Positions 20,412 through 29,994 of a DNA stretch of 49,296 nt are shown here, piece by piece (within the stretch, counting starts at the first letter, position 1; each line of letters begins with the position of its first letter). Source of the DNA: a virus (lineage: Duplodnaviria; Caudoviricetes); the IMG/VR virus record IMGVR_UViG_3300032212_000021, positions 1 to 49,296 of that record; one strand, written 5' to 3'. The notes beneath the pieces are model-generated. The model was not told where the DNA came from. It made no database searches and saw only the letters and a program-made list of their open reading frames with translations. The position numbers and the translations under genes are program-made.

Positions 20412-20693
20412 GGCAAAGTCGGAGGTACTGATAATGGGAACACCCGTGTACATGCTGATATCTCCCCTGAGCGTCTGAAGGCTGTCCCACCCCTTGAGCT
20501 GCTGGGCGTTTCGTTCGGACAAGGCACGAAGGGATGCCTCTTTTAACCGCCACTGTATGTTTTTTATGTTTTTGTTATAGGCCAGACAGAGCTCGGCCTG
20601 TTTCCCGTCTTTGAGCACGGAACTGGTGCAGAGCTCAGGACGATCGGCGAGGGCTAGGCTTGAGAGCAGGATGAGAGCTAGTAAAGTTTTCAT
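20388..20693 (-). CDS. Exported hypothetical protein
   Basis: Signal peptide MKTLLALILLSSLALA; AAAGGA RBS. Confidence 0.65.
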   Translation of the reverse strand: MKTLLALILLSSLALADRPELCTSSVLKDGKQAELCLAYNKNIKNIQWRLKEASLRALSERNAQQLKGWDSLQTLRGDISMYTGVPIISTSDFALVKISLR

Positions 20694-20809
20694 GATAATC
20701 CTTTGGGATAGATTATAGCATGTTTACGCGGGCGCAATTTTACTCACCATTTGTTTATTCTAAGGATTTTTTAAACTGCCTATTTTAACCCATGCTTCCA
20801 CACTATACA

Positions 20810-21163
20810 TTAGTAAAAGTTAACTTCTGCAAGCCCTAACTCTACCAACTGAGTATTAAGAGATACCGTATCAAACGAGTTCAAAAATAGCTCCCCTAAC
20901 ATTCTGCCATACTTGCCTTTCTTGTCTTTGTGGGTCCGTATTAAAATGCATTGACCTTGTTTGACTGCTGAAAGTAACTTTTTCTTTAGCCACTTTTTCG
21001 ATTCAAGACCTTGTGGACGCTCTACGCCTCTTATCTCAGGCGTATCTATCCCAAATAGTCTTATGACTATTGTGTTTGATATGTGCATCCCTAAGTCAAT
21101 AGTTACGGTAATGGTGTCTCCGTCGTATACCTTGATCACTTCTTTTACTTTATACTCGTACAT
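20810..21163 (-). CDS. Thermonuclease (SNase-like) protein
   Basis: KVYDGDTI, IRLFGIDTPE, KGKYGRMLG motifs; start MYEY at 21163 with AGGAG RBS. Confidence 0.88.
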   Translation of the reverse strand: MYEYKVKEVIKVYDGDTITVTIDLGMHISNTIVIRLFGIDTPEIRGVERPQGLESKKWLKKKLLSAVKQGQCILIRTHKDKKGKYGRMLGELFLNSFDTVSLNTQLVELGLAEVNFY

Positions 21164-21176
21164 TTTTCTCTCCTGT

Positions 21177-21515
21177 TTACTTGGTGATGAAGGGGATAGC
21201 CCCTTTTTGTTTTGGTACGATGATGGTGCTGCTCTTGCCGTCGGGGCCTTGTTTGATGTAGACCCCTTCGCCGGCATCGATGATGATCCCGCCATCGCCG
21301 TTCTCATCGATGTAGATGAGGGGCTCCTCGAGCTTCTTGTCTGTCTCATGGGCGTGGGCCAAGAAAAGCAGGCAGAGCGTTACTAAAAGAGGTCGCAGGA
21401 TCATGGCATTTGCGTGTGTGCCGGTCGCCGTTTTCATCAGCTTCCCCTCTCGCCGTTTTTTATACTGTTTACCAGCAGTATGAGTATGATGATGGACAGT
21501 GTTATCTCTAGCCAT
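21177..21515 (-). CDS. Hypothetical protein, possibly exported (start may be 21437)
   Basis: Hydrophobic segment ending AHA. Confidence 0.5.
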   Translation of the reverse strand: MARDNTVHHHTHTAGKQYKKRREGKLMKTATGTHANAMILRPLLVTLCLLFLAHAHETDKKLEEPLIYIDENGDGGIIIDAGEGVYIKQGPDGKSSTIIVPKQKGAIPFITK

Positions 21516-21516
21516 G

Positions 21517-21678
21517 TCATTTTAGTGCCTCCTTCTCCCATTTATTAAAATTATTAGCCTTACAGTTTTTTTCTACATCTTTTTTAAATATACATTCTAC
21601 ATATAAACTAGGGTAAGGTTTATTTCCACCTAGACCATATACACACTGGTAATATTTGCAAGTTCTACAGCTTTTCAT
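21517..21678 (-). CDS. 53-aa Cys-rich protein (not in ORF track)
   Basis: MKSCRTCKYYQC...; GGAGG RBS; ATGA overlap with the upstream gene. Confidence 0.55.
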   Translation of the reverse strand: MKSCRTCKYYQCVYGLGGNKPYPSLYVECIFKKDVEKNCKANNFNKWEKEALK

Positions 21679-21905
21679 ATAACCCATGCCTCCATGAAAA
21701 CAAGACTATCTCCCTTTCTTTCCGTAAAAGTAACAGACATCTCAGCACCTAGAAATATGATTTTGTCTTGGGAAAAAATAGGTGCTGTTGAGTCCTTAAG
21801 GGTAAACCCCCACTTGTGCTGAATGTTTCTATACCCAGCCGTTACAATCTCATAATCTTTTTCATTATGATTAAGGTATTGTCTCCCATCTTTTAATAAA
21901 CTCAT
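21675..21905 (-). CDS. Hypothetical protein
   Basis: GGGAG RBS, operon context. Confidence 0.6.
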   Translation of the reverse strand: MSLLKDGRQYLNHNEKDYEIVTAGYRNIQHKWGFTLKDSTAPIFSQDKIIFLGAEMSVTFTERKGDSLVFMEAWVI

Positions 21906-21917
21906 ATTCTCTCCCTG

Positions 21918-22223
21918 TTATGGTTGTTTAGTGATGCCATTTTGAATAGAGTAATTCATCCACTTAAGCACCTTTTCGCTTTTAGCGTCTTTCTTTTCAC
22001 TAGCAAAGATTTCAGCACTGTTTAGTGAACCGTGTTCGCAAAGCATATCAACAATTGTTAATAGGTCTGCCAATTCATTTTGTATCTTTTCTTTGTTGGA
22101 TAGGCTTTGATTAGGCTCATAATCATCAAGACCATGTATGATTGATTTACAAACCTCTTTGATTACCTCTGAACACTCTTCGCTTAACTTGGTAAGTAAG
22201 TGTTGTTCTATTGTGATGCCCAT
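21918..22223 (-). CDS. MazG-like nucleotide pyrophosphohydrolase
   Basis: KLSEECSEV...NELADL ExxE/ExxD motif. Confidence 0.7.
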   Translation of the reverse strand: MGITIEQHLLTKLSEECSEVIKEVCKSIIHGLDDYEPNQSLSNKEKIQNELADLLTIVDMLCEHGSLNSAEIFASEKKDAKSEKVLKWMNYSIQNGITKQP

Positions 22224-22232
22224 AAACTGCTC

Positions 22233-22448
22233 CTAAGTACGGTTGTTTTTATGCAAGGCTTCATGCAGTGAATGAAGCCTTTTTACGGTGTCCTCATCCC
22301 AATTATGTTTTTTTGCAACTTCTTCTATGGAATCACCCCATCCTACAATAATTCCATATATCCATGCGTCTCGATGATTTAGAGAATGATCTCTAGAGCT
22401 TAATGACAGCGTATCTTCAAGACTCTTTACAGCTTCAGAATAATGCAT
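22233..22448 (-). CDS. Hypothetical protein
   Basis: AGGAG RBS; DAWIYGIIVGW motif. Confidence 0.6.
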   Translation of the reverse strand: MHYSEAVKSLEDTLSLSSRDHSLNHRDAWIYGIIVGWGDSIEEVAKKHNWDEDTVKRLHSLHEALHKNNRT

Positions 22449-22458
22449 ATCTTCTCTC

Positions 22459-22677
22459 CTAAGTTCGGTATTCTTTTAGATTTTCTAACTCCAGCAGGGC
22501 TGATTCAAGCGCCGTTTTTAATCTCATGAGATTTGAATAATTTGATATTTCATTTCGTCTTATAGCGTCTTTTAGATCATGAATTTGATCATTTGCCTTA
22601 TCCATCACTTCGCTTACATTGCTTATCTTTTCCCACACTCTGTTTTTTTGCTGTTCATTCATATCTATCTCCTTCAT
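22459..22677 (-). CDS. Hypothetical coiled-coil protein
   Basis: AAGGAG precedes the second Met. Confidence 0.55.
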   Translation of the reverse strand: MKEIDMNEQQKNRVWEKISNVSEVMDKANDQIHDLKDAIRRNEISNYSNLMRLKTALESALLELENLKEYRT

Positions 22678-23122
22678 ATATGCCTATTACTTCCGGTCTA
22701 TGTATACCAGTAAAATCACTATACTTTACTTTAGGTTTTTGTTCTGTCGCAAAAGCATTACCTTTCTTTTTGGTTCTTTCAAAGAAGTTGTGAAACAGAA
22801 CACCACAAGAAGGTTTATCGAAAAATACCGTACTTCTAATAATCCACTCGTCATAGTCAAAATTTATCAAAACATCTTCTACTAAATCCCCACCCTTTCT
22901 ATCTTTGCTCAATGAAGCAAAGATAGGCTTATTGTTTTTGTCGAGCATATCAGGGAAATTTACTGAACGAGTAGTTGGGTCACACTCTATGAATCCGTTA
23001 TTGCTTGTGCCATCCCCAAGGTAGTATTTGTCACCTACCCATAGTTGACTATCACTTTCCATATACTCACCACTACACGGTTCTTTTGCTCTAAACACTT
23101 CTCTTTTCATACCTCTCTCCAT
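22655..23122 (-). CDS. YopX-like protein
   Basis: FRAK start, DKNNKPIF..GDLV, terminal EVIGIYE. Confidence 0.65.
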   Translation of the reverse strand: MERGMKREVFRAKEPCSGEYMESDSQLWVGDKYYLGDGTSNNGFIECDPTTRSVNFPDMLDKNNKPIFASLSKDRKGGDLVEDVLINFDYDEWIIRSTVFFDKPSCGVLFHNFFERTKKKGNAFATEQKPKVKYSDFTGIHRPEVIGIYEGDRYE

Positions 23123-23452
23123 TCATATAGCTTTTTCAAGCTTTCTTAATGCATTTATCATGGACTGGACCGTACTGACCCGTTGCTTTTCTTCATGCTC
23201 TAGCAAGCCTGTGTTCTTGTTTCCCTTCGCCATATCAAGCTTGCCTTGAAACTCATAGACCAAAACACTTTTATATTTATCGGGAATGTGATCCCCGTTG
23301 CGAATAACATTTTGCAAGACAATAACTTCATCTTCGGTCATGTTCTTGCCGGTATCGTCTGGGTAGTCCTCGCCCATTGATATGGTGTCTATTGCGATAT
23401 CCAAAGCGTCAATAAGCGCATCTCTCTGTTTTTCAGTGAAGTTGTTTTTCAT
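23123..23452 (-). CDS. Hypothetical protein
   Basis: AGGAG RBS, operon context. Confidence 0.6.
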   Translation of the reverse strand: MKNNFTEKQRDALIDALDIAIDTISMGEDYPDDTGKNMTEDEVIVLQNVIRNGDHIPDKYKSVLVYEFQGKLDMAKGNKNTGLLEHEEKQRVSTVQSMINALRKLEKAI

Positions 23453-23456
23453 TGGT

Positions 23457-23774
23457 TCATCTCCTGTCGCTTGGATTGCTGTGATCGGTGACGATGCCGA
23501 GCCTGTCTGCGATCTCCTTGTAGTGGATCGGTGTCATAGTTGGATCATCGCTGTCAAAATAGTTCCTGAAAGCGCAGAGCACATCGGCAGGGATATCGTC
23601 GGATATCTCAAGCTCGCAGTACTCCAGATACATATAGTCGTTATCCGTATCGCAGCGGGAGAAGCGCACCAGCTCTTTTAAGACCTCAAGGGTTATGGTG
23701 TTGTCGATCTGTTCGGTATGGGTCAGTACGGTACCGCAACACGAACACTCCTCTTCATAAGATTTTTCTATCAT
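23457..23774 (-). CDS. Hypothetical protein
   Basis: Acidic, CxxC near the N-terminus; coupled to the upstream stop. Confidence 0.6.
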   Translation of the reverse strand: MIEKSYEEECSCCGTVLTHTEQIDNTITLEVLKELVRFSRCDTDNDYMYLEYCELEISDDIPADVLCAFRNYFDSDDPTMTPIHYKEIADRLGIVTDHSNPSDRR

Positions 23775-24118
23775 TAGGTGTCCTTTTTTTTACTCAAGGA
23801 AGCTATCTTTTTCCTTAATAACACGTTTTCATCATAGAGTCTTGAAAGGGCAGTTGTTTCGTCCTCTTCTTCCACTAACTCATAGCTTAAATTCTTAAGA
23901 CTGCCATCTTGCAACGACCGATAGATACTGCGCGGAAGATATTCACACAACTCATTGCAAGTAATGTTTTTAATGTCAATATTAGAATTACTCTCATCCT
24001 TAATGGATTTCCTCATTAGAAGACTAAAAGTAATACTTGCTGTATATTCTATGTATTGAAAATCAACTTTTCTTTTTATAATAATGTTAGGACGGTTGTC
24101 CGGTGTGTTTTCTATCAT
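23774..24118 (-). CDS. Hypothetical AT-rich gene flanked by 22-bp direct repeats
   Basis: Repeats at 23764-23785 and 24108-24129. Confidence 0.6.
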   Translation of the reverse strand: MIENTPDNRPNIIIKRKVDFQYIEYTASITFSLLMRKSIKDESNSNIDIKNITCNELCEYLPRSIYRSLQDGSLKNLSYELVEEEDETTALSRLYDENVLLRKKIASLSKKKDT

Positions 24119-24711
24119 CAGGTGTCCTTCTTTTGCGCGGGCGCAAGTTTATGGGCAGAGCGTCGGTCGGCTATGGACTGCATGGTCTGGGCGTCTTTTG
24201 CGACGTATCGCTCGGTCGTTGCAAGGGAGCTGTGGCCTGCCCACTCTTTGGCAAAGGCGAGTCCCTCGTTCTTGGCGATATCGGTGATCGCGTCGCGACG
24301 GTATCCGTGGGTGGTGAATCCCGCTCCGAGGTGTTTTTTGATATAGCGGTTCATGACATCATCAAGAGATCTATAGGGCTTGATGAAGTGCTCAAAAGCA
24401 CTCTTTGGAAGCAGAAGCTGGAGCTGGAACACGTCCTCCTTGCTCAAGCTGATATGGCGAAAGCTCTTCTTTATAACGGCCTTGGTCTTTTTATCCTTGA
24501 GGTCTTGTTTCGGGGTGTGGCAGGCGAGGGTTCCCGAGGCGATCGCCTTTTGTATGTCGGACTTTTTAAACTGCAGGGTCTCGCTGATACGAAGGCCGGC
24601 TATGCGTAAAAGCGTCAGCACTTTTACATACTCGTACTTCTTCTCTTCCCATGCGGCCTTAAGCAGTATGCGGTGATGATCGTACTCTATGGGTTTGGAC
24701 TGTCCTCTCAT
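24118..24711 (-). CDS. Tyrosine recombinase, catalytic domain only
   Basis: GLRISE, HGYRR, AGHSSLATTERY give the full R-HxxR-H-Y set in 197 aa. Confidence 0.9.
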   Translation of the reverse strand: MRGQSKPIEYDHHRILLKAAWEEKKYEYVKVLTLLRIAGLRISETLQFKKSDIQKAIASGTLACHTPKQDLKDKKTKAVIKKSFRHISLSKEDVFQLQLLLPKSAFEHFIKPYRSLDDVMNRYIKKHLGAGFTTHGYRRDAITDIAKNEGLAFAKEWAGHSSLATTERYVAKDAQTMQSIADRRSAHKLAPAQKKDT

Positions 24712-24749
24712 GGTCTACTCCTGTGATGAATTTGTGTCGTCGTTCTAGC

Positions 24750-25007
24750 CTAGCAGTCTATATGCTTAAGCACCTTTTCTATGTCGCCATCGGGGAGGGG
24801 GTAGTCCTGCTTCAGCTCCTGCAGACTGACCCCTTCTTTATGAGCTTCGCAGATCTCCTGCGCTACGTCGAGTATCTTGGTGATCGTGTCGACGTTGAAC
24901 TCATGGTATCGAGCGATCTGCGACTTGTTCATACCCAGCTCGAAGGTGAGTTTGACAACAGATTCAAAATACTTTTTGGCTCTGTTTCGCAGGGCTAATT
25001 TACTCAT
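24750..25007 (-). CDS. Small HTH-like protein
   Basis: GMNKSQIARYHEFNVDTITKIL; AAGGAG RBS. Confidence 0.6.
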   Translation of the reverse strand: MSKLALRNRAKKYFESVVKLTFELGMNKSQIARYHEFNVDTITKILDVAQEICEAHKEGVSLQELKQDYPLPDGDIEKVLKHIDC

Positions 25008-25087
25008 AGTTTCTCCTTGTAAGTGAAATCCACTTATCCAGCCCAGCCGAGGCGGAGCTGATAAACGGACGCTTGAACGGGGTGTGC

Positions 25088-26458
25088 TTACTTCTTTTTC
25101 GGATCGGCTTTGATACTGGGGTCTATGGAGAGTCTAAATCCAGTCATGTGGTTTACTCTCCATCGTGCCGTTATCTCTTTGACGAGGGTGTTATAGGCCC
25201 TGCTGTTATCGCTTGACTCTGCAAAGAGGATAAAGGTATCTTCTTGCATTGCGCTTAGATCCCTGCATAGGTTGACGGCTTCAGGGTAGTCGAAATCCCT
25301 CATGGAACCGTTTCTAAAGACGACCTGTATGGTTTTAGGATAGGCGTCCATACGGGTCACCGGACCCCACTGTTTGAGCAGGCGCGCGTATGAGAGTCGC
25401 CCCTCATCTTCTGTTACCAGATCCTCAAAGCTGTCTGCCTTGGCGGAGTGATCATCTTCCTTAAGGGCGATATCTTCCAGCGCATCAAGGCTAAGGGCTC
25501 CTTGGTTTGGGTGAAGGTCTGAATCCTTCTCGTCGTTCAGGCCGACGTTAAATCCATGTTCGTGCATAAGGGCATGCAGGTCTTTCATGAACTTACTTCT
25601 TGCCGAGTACTCCTCATGCGTTCTAAAATCAAGGTCAAGCTTGAGACGCATCTCTTTAGAGTTGTTGACCGTGTAGTTCTCCGCCTCCAGCTTGATCAGA
25701 GCGCCGCTGGTAAAAGGCTGTCGTCTCTGCTCGTCGCTCAGCTCGGAGGGGTCTTGTTTTAGACTGTCGATAAGGGGCGCTCCTGCCTGCTTCGATCTCT
25801 TCACGACCTCGCGCACATCATCGCGCTTGTATTCACCGGCGATGACCTTGGTGTAGGTCTGCATCTGAAGCTCTTCATCATGCCCTATCTTTTGAAGTTC
25901 GGCGAGGATGGAGAGGCCGATCTTATGTTTTTTAGCCTGCATATCAGAGAGGATGCTCGGCTGAAGGGTGAGAACGCTCAAGACGTTAGAGACATAGCTG
26001 TCGGGCTTGCCGATGGCCATGGCCAGCGCCTGCTGGTTCTTCCACTCCTTCGAGTTGAGCGCATTATCCAAGGCGATCGCCTCCTCGATGGTAGAGAGGT
26101 TCTTGCGTTGAATGTTCTCCACAAGGGAGAGCGACATGAGCTGAGCATTGTCGGCCTCAACCAAGTGCGCGGTTATCGTCTCCATCTCTAAGGACTTACA
26201 GGCATAATAGCGACGATGACCGCCGACGATGACGTAGCCCTTGTCGTACTTCGCGATGGATATGGGCTGAAGCAGACCGCTGTGTCTGATAGAGGCGATC
26301 AGCTCCTCTAGGTCCTCTTCGCCTTCGAAGTTTCTCGGCTGGTAAGGGTTCGGCTCGATGAGCGACAGCTTGATCTCGCTGATCTTCTGTGTGGCCGTCT
26401 TGAGGCTTGCTCCTTTTGAAGCTTCCTTAAGGGCATTGGCGTTAAATCGTGACATCAA
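25088..26458 (-). CDS. parB: ParB/Spo0J family partition protein with C-terminal extension
   Basis: PNPYQPR, GLLQPI, GHRRYYA, ENIQRKNLS.IEEA, HTH. Confidence 0.93.
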   Translation of the reverse strand: MMSRFNANALKEASKGASLKTATQKISEIKLSLIEPNPYQPRNFEGEEDLEELIASIRHSGLLQPISIAKYDKGYVIVGGHRRYYACKSLEMETITAHLVEADNAQLMSLSLVENIQRKNLSTIEEAIALDNALNSKEWKNQQALAMAIGKPDSYVSNVLSVLTLQPSILSDMQAKKHKIGLSILAELQKIGHDEELQMQTYTKVIAGEYKRDDVREVVKRSKQAGAPLIDSLKQDPSELSDEQRRQPFTSGALIKLEAENYTVNNSKEMRLKLDLDFRTHEEYSARSKFMKDLHALMHEHGFNVGLNDEKDSDLHPNQGALSLDALEDIALKEDDHSAKADSFEDLVTEDEGRLSYARLLKQWGPVTRMDAYPKTIQVVFRNGSMRDFDYPEAVNLCRDLSAMQEDTFILFAESSDNSRAYNTLVKEITARWRVNHMTGFRLSIDPSIKADPKKK

Positions 26459-27098
26459 ACACCTCCTGAATCAATTCGGCTATCTCTGTCTTGGAGGTGC
26501 GAACCGCCTCGGCACGTTTGGAACTTCCGCTGTCGTTAAGCTCAAAGACTCCCAGCCCATGCCCCATGGATGTGTCGTAGTTGGATCGAGAGCGCACGAC
26601 AGCGCTTAAGAAACTGATATTATCAGCGCTGATAACACCCTTCACGTCGTTAAAGTTTTTTGTGGCGTGATGGGCGTTGTTGAAGATGATATCGATCTGC
26701 GGGTTATCCATCTCGTTTAAGACGTGTGAAAAGGCGGTAAAACCCATCACCTCTGTGGTCGAGGGCTTAAGGGGTGTAAGAACACGGTCTGCGCCTTGAA
26801 TGGCCAAGCGGTGCAGGGCCGAGTCAAATCCTCCCACATCCACCAGCAAGACTCCCTCGTTCCATCCGTCAAAGTAGTTCATCAGTTCCACCTCGTCGTT
26901 GATCTGTACCACATCTATCGGCGCGATACCTGCAGAGACGCGGATGGCGTTTGTCAGGGTAGCGGTCTGTTGAAAGTCCAAGTCGGCGATCGTAACTTTT
27001 ACGCCCGCGGAATTCAGAGCTATGGCAAGTTGCCAGATCAGGGTTGATTTACCCACCCCGCCCTTGGTGTGGGCTACGGTCAATATCTGCGCTTTCAT
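26442..27098 (-). CDS. parA: ParA family partition ATPase
   Basis: KGGVGKST deviant Walker A, DLDFQ; adjacent to parB. Confidence 0.93.
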   Translation of the reverse strand: MKAQILTVAHTKGGVGKSTLIWQLAIALNSAGVKVTIADLDFQQTATLTNAIRVSAGIAPIDVVQINDEVELMNYFDGWNEGVLLVDVGGFDSALHRLAIQGADRVLTPLKPSTTEVMGFTAFSHVLNEMDNPQIDIIFNNAHHATKNFNDVKGVISADNISFLSAVVRSRSNYDTSMGHGLGVFELNDSGSSKRAEAVRTSKTEIAELIQEVFDVTI

Positions 27099-27244
27099 GA
27101 TGCTTCTCCTTGGTGTATTTTTCTGCCTATTGACAGAATCCTGACTGCCTTCTCATGCTCGAGCATGTAGTGCTCGGCAAAGGCGCAAACGGTTAAAAAG
27201 TTGTTCAAGTAATCTAGATACATATTTTTGTATTGATCGTTCAT
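27095..27244 (-). CDS. 49-aa phage protein (not in ORF track)
   Basis: MNDQYKNMYLDYLNNFLTVCAFAEHY...; AGGAG RBS; ATGA overlap with parA. Confidence 0.65.
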   Translation of the reverse strand: MNDQYKNMYLDYLNNFLTVCAFAEHYMLEHEKAVRILSIGRKIHQGEAS

Positions 27245-27355
27245 GTCGTTCTCCTGTGATGCGTTTTTGTCGTCGTTCTCAAGCGGGTATATCTTAAGAT
27301 GATAATTATTAAACCACCATTAAAGATGGAATAAAAAAACAGATAATCAAAAAGA

Positions 27356-28846
27356 TTATGCGCTTAACTTCTCCACCACCGTCTTGACGGCGTAGCGCCC
27401 CGCGTTGTTGAGATGGCGTTGCCATGCGCTGTTTTTAGGTGACCATTTAAAGCCGTTAGACTTAAGCAGGGTGCGTGTCTCTACGGGCGGGATATCTTCA
27501 AAGAGGATCTGTACACGGTTGAGCTCCGCGTTTTCCACCACCTCGAAGCCGTCGTGCTCTTGGCTTGTCGTTCCTTGGCGCGCCGACATCTCCAGAGCGT
27601 CGCGCCGGTCTCTCATGCGTTTTATATTGGCGTTGTTGTTTGTGAGGCTGTAGGAAGGAAACCCGATGCGCCCTGCGAAGTCGGGGGTGCTTAGGTTTTT
27701 GATATCCTCATCTTTGAAGCCTAAGTCCTTGAGCCCTTGTGTGTCCGGCCCGCCTTTTTTCTTCAGCAGGGCGTTCGCCCTCTTCATGTCGTGCTGGTGA
27801 GAGAGGGCGCGCTGTATCTTGAAGGTCAGAATCTCTACGGCTTGAGGGTCGTCGCCTTTTACGTCGGTGTTGTTTAGGGCGTTGTTTGCCTTGTTTGAGT
27901 AGTACTCCGCCTTGCTGCTCTCTTCGATGGACTTACGCATGCCCGAGTCGATGCGCCCCAGATCTCTGCGATGCCTCCCTTCGCTGTGGTGACCTACCAA
28001 GATAGGCTGGCCGAAGGGAATCATGTCGCCGATGGATCGTGCGCTCTGGTAAGCGCAGTCGGATCGGTGGCTGGCTTTTTTGGATAGATCCGCATAGTGC
28101 TGCGCCTTGTCTTCTCTGGCCTCTTGGTAAGCCTCGGCTCTTTCACGTTTGGAATTCTCCTCGTCGTTCAGGCTTTGATCACTCAGTAAGAAAGCGTGAA
28201 GAGAGGGATACCATGAACCATGCCCCTGATCGGTGAACCAAGCGCAAAATGCCTCGTGTTCTTTGGGCTTGAGCTCTTTGTTAAGCACTAAGAGCTTGAA
28301 GGTCTCACCCGTGGACTGGTTCACCGCGGTGCGAGGGGTGGCCTCTTGCATGATGGTCTGGGCATCAACACCTCCTGCGTTTTCAGCGGGCGTAAACGCA
28401 TAGGCCTCTTTGGCGTATATATCGGGGTAGAGCTCACGCTCCAGCGCTTCACGCATGGCCGACTTCTGCGGGTCTTGATAGTCAAGCTTCCAGAAATCAC
28501 AGCCGTGCGCCTCTTGGCTGAGTGCATCAAGGCGCGACTGAAACTCCGCTGTCGTGTTAGGCTGGCCATGGACATGCTTCGCTCCGCATATCTTCTGCCC
28601 TTCGTACTCATAATGCCCGCTGATATGCATATCCGTCATCCCGTCGAAGTGACCGCTTTTGAATCTGTTCAGTACCACGTCGACCATCTGTGAAGTGGGG
28701 TAGTTGTCCCACGAAACATCCACGGCGTCACCTCCAGCAAAGCGGGATGAAGTCACGCTGAACTTCGTGAAAGGAAAAGCTTTTTTAAGCTCGACTCGTA
28801 TCTTTTTCGCCGTATCCTTGGCGCTCTCATAAATCAAGTTAGACAT
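27356..28846 (-). CDS. LPD29 plus DUF3560 domain protein
   Basis: AKKIR.ELKKAFP.TKFSV..AVDVSW N-terminus; IPFGQPILVGHHSEGRHRR and GFKWSP..AWQR motifs; GGAGG RBS supports the 28846 start. Confidence 0.8.
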   Translation of the reverse strand: MSNLIYESAKDTAKKIRVELKKAFPFTKFSVTSSRFAGGDAVDVSWDNYPTSQMVDVVLNRFKSGHFDGMTDMHISGHYEYEGQKICGAKHVHGQPNTTAEFQSRLDALSQEAHGCDFWKLDYQDPQKSAMREALERELYPDIYAKEAYAFTPAENAGGVDAQTIMQEATPRTAVNQSTGETFKLLVLNKELKPKEHEAFCAWFTDQGHGSWYPSLHAFLLSDQSLNDEENSKRERAEAYQEAREDKAQHYADLSKKASHRSDCAYQSARSIGDMIPFGQPILVGHHSEGRHRRDLGRIDSGMRKSIEESSKAEYYSNKANNALNNTDVKGDDPQAVEILTFKIQRALSHQHDMKRANALLKKKGGPDTQGLKDLGFKDEDIKNLSTPDFAGRIGFPSYSLTNNNANIKRMRDRRDALEMSARQGTTSQEHDGFEVVENAELNRVQILFEDIPPVETRTLLKSNGFKWSPKNSAWQRHLNNAGRYAVKTVVEKLSA

Positions 28847-29185
28847 AATGTCCTCCAGTAAAGTAAATTTGTGTCGTCGTTCAGGTGCCCGTTTAAAACA
28901 CCTTGTGCCAGCACCCGATGGTGATGCCACAAGTGGCTTTAAGTTTCAAGACGTTATTATTTCACAGACTCCAGTAATGAAGTCGTCGTTCAGGGTCGGG
29001 TGTTGTCGCACCCTTCCCGTTTTCTTACAATATCTTCTTAGAAAAAAGATACACTCTAGCTTCAAATCTTCGAAACATTCGTGCCATGATCTCCTCCTGT
29101 CGTAATGAATTGTCGTCGTTCAGGTGCCCGTTTAAAAACACCCTATACCGCCCCACCGAGGTGAGACCGAATAGAGGGTCGACTG

Positions 29186-29368
29186 CTACTCCTCCCACTG
29201 CGTCCAATAGATGACGTCGTTCTCGTAATCTTCTTCTTTGTGCTCAGGGGTGTAGCCGTCGACATAAAGACACTTGTCCGAACAAGCGTAGCCCTCGCCG
29301 TCTCCCCAAACATAACCCTCGTTCATCCCGCATCCACAGTGTGAGCAGGTTCTTAATAACTTATCCAT
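29186..29368 (-). CDS. Small Cys-rich protein
   Basis: CSHCG..EGY..YACSDKC..YWTQWE; AGGAGG RBS. Confidence 0.65.
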   Translation of the reverse strand: MDKLLRTCSHCGCGMNEGYVWGDGEGYACSDKCLYVDGYTPEHKEEDYENDVIYWTQWEE

Positions 29369-29612
29369 GAGGCGCCTCCTGCACTTTTATGCCCGTAGCC
29401 CACATCGTAGAAATTATAATCTTTTGTACGTCCATCTCCGACAGGCCAAGCTGGGCGTTTTTATCATCACACAGCTCCTGCGCCAAAGCCTTGTCGTTCC
29501 CCCACGTCCAATCGGTTCTATAGAACCCCTTTGTGTTCTCCTGTGCGATACAGACAACATACTCGTCGTCAGTTTTTACGGTCTCTTGAATAAAATATGC
29601 TCTTCGTTTCAT
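29361..29612 (-). CDS. Hypothetical protein
   Basis: AAAGGA RBS before MKRRAYF. Confidence 0.55.
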   Translation of the reverse strand: MKRRAYFIQETVKTDDEYVVCIAQENTKGFYRTDWTWGNDKALAQELCDDKNAQLGLSEMDVQKIIISTMWATGIKVQEAPHG

Positions 29613-29622
29613 GATAAGTCCT

Positions 29623-29994
29623 TTATAGAAGCGGTGAAGCTTCAATTATTTTTATCTCATTCCCATTTTGGTCATAGATAGAATCGTCGTCTGTCGTTCC
29701 GTCCATTTCATACCCTAGTCCAAGTTCAATCTTTTCTTTTAAAAAACCTGCATACTTACGTGCATCTTTTTCACATTCGAACACTGCCGTCGACGCCTCA
29801 CACCCCCTTGTTAAATGCATGACTACCCAAGTGGAAAAAGTGGACTGGCCGACAACATCCCATAAGTTGGACTGAGGACTATCACCCTCCTCACAACCGC
29901 AACGAGGACATCGGCTCGTATCCATCGGCGTAGCAGAATGGATGCAATTGCACTCCCAGAAATTGCTCGTGGTATCGGTATCCCAGCAAATCAT
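29623..29994 (-). CDS. Hypothetical Cys-containing protein
   Basis: WECNC...CPRCG; GGAGG RBS. Confidence 0.6.
   Translation of the reverse strand: MICWDTDTTSNFWECNCIHSATPMDTSRCPRCGCEEGDSPQSNLWDVVGQSTFSTWVVMHLTRGCEASTAVFECEKDARKYAGFLKEKIELGLGYEMDGTTDDDSIYDQNGNEIKIIEASPLL

Noticed and set aside
20810-21349. 179-aa version of the nuclease ORF
   Set aside because: The N-terminal extension overlaps another gene; RBS and family start support ATG at 21163
24118-24711. Protelomerase (linear N15-like prophage) or full integrase
   Set aside because: Only 197 aa, no arm- or core-binding domain, and no long perfect telomere palindrome noticed
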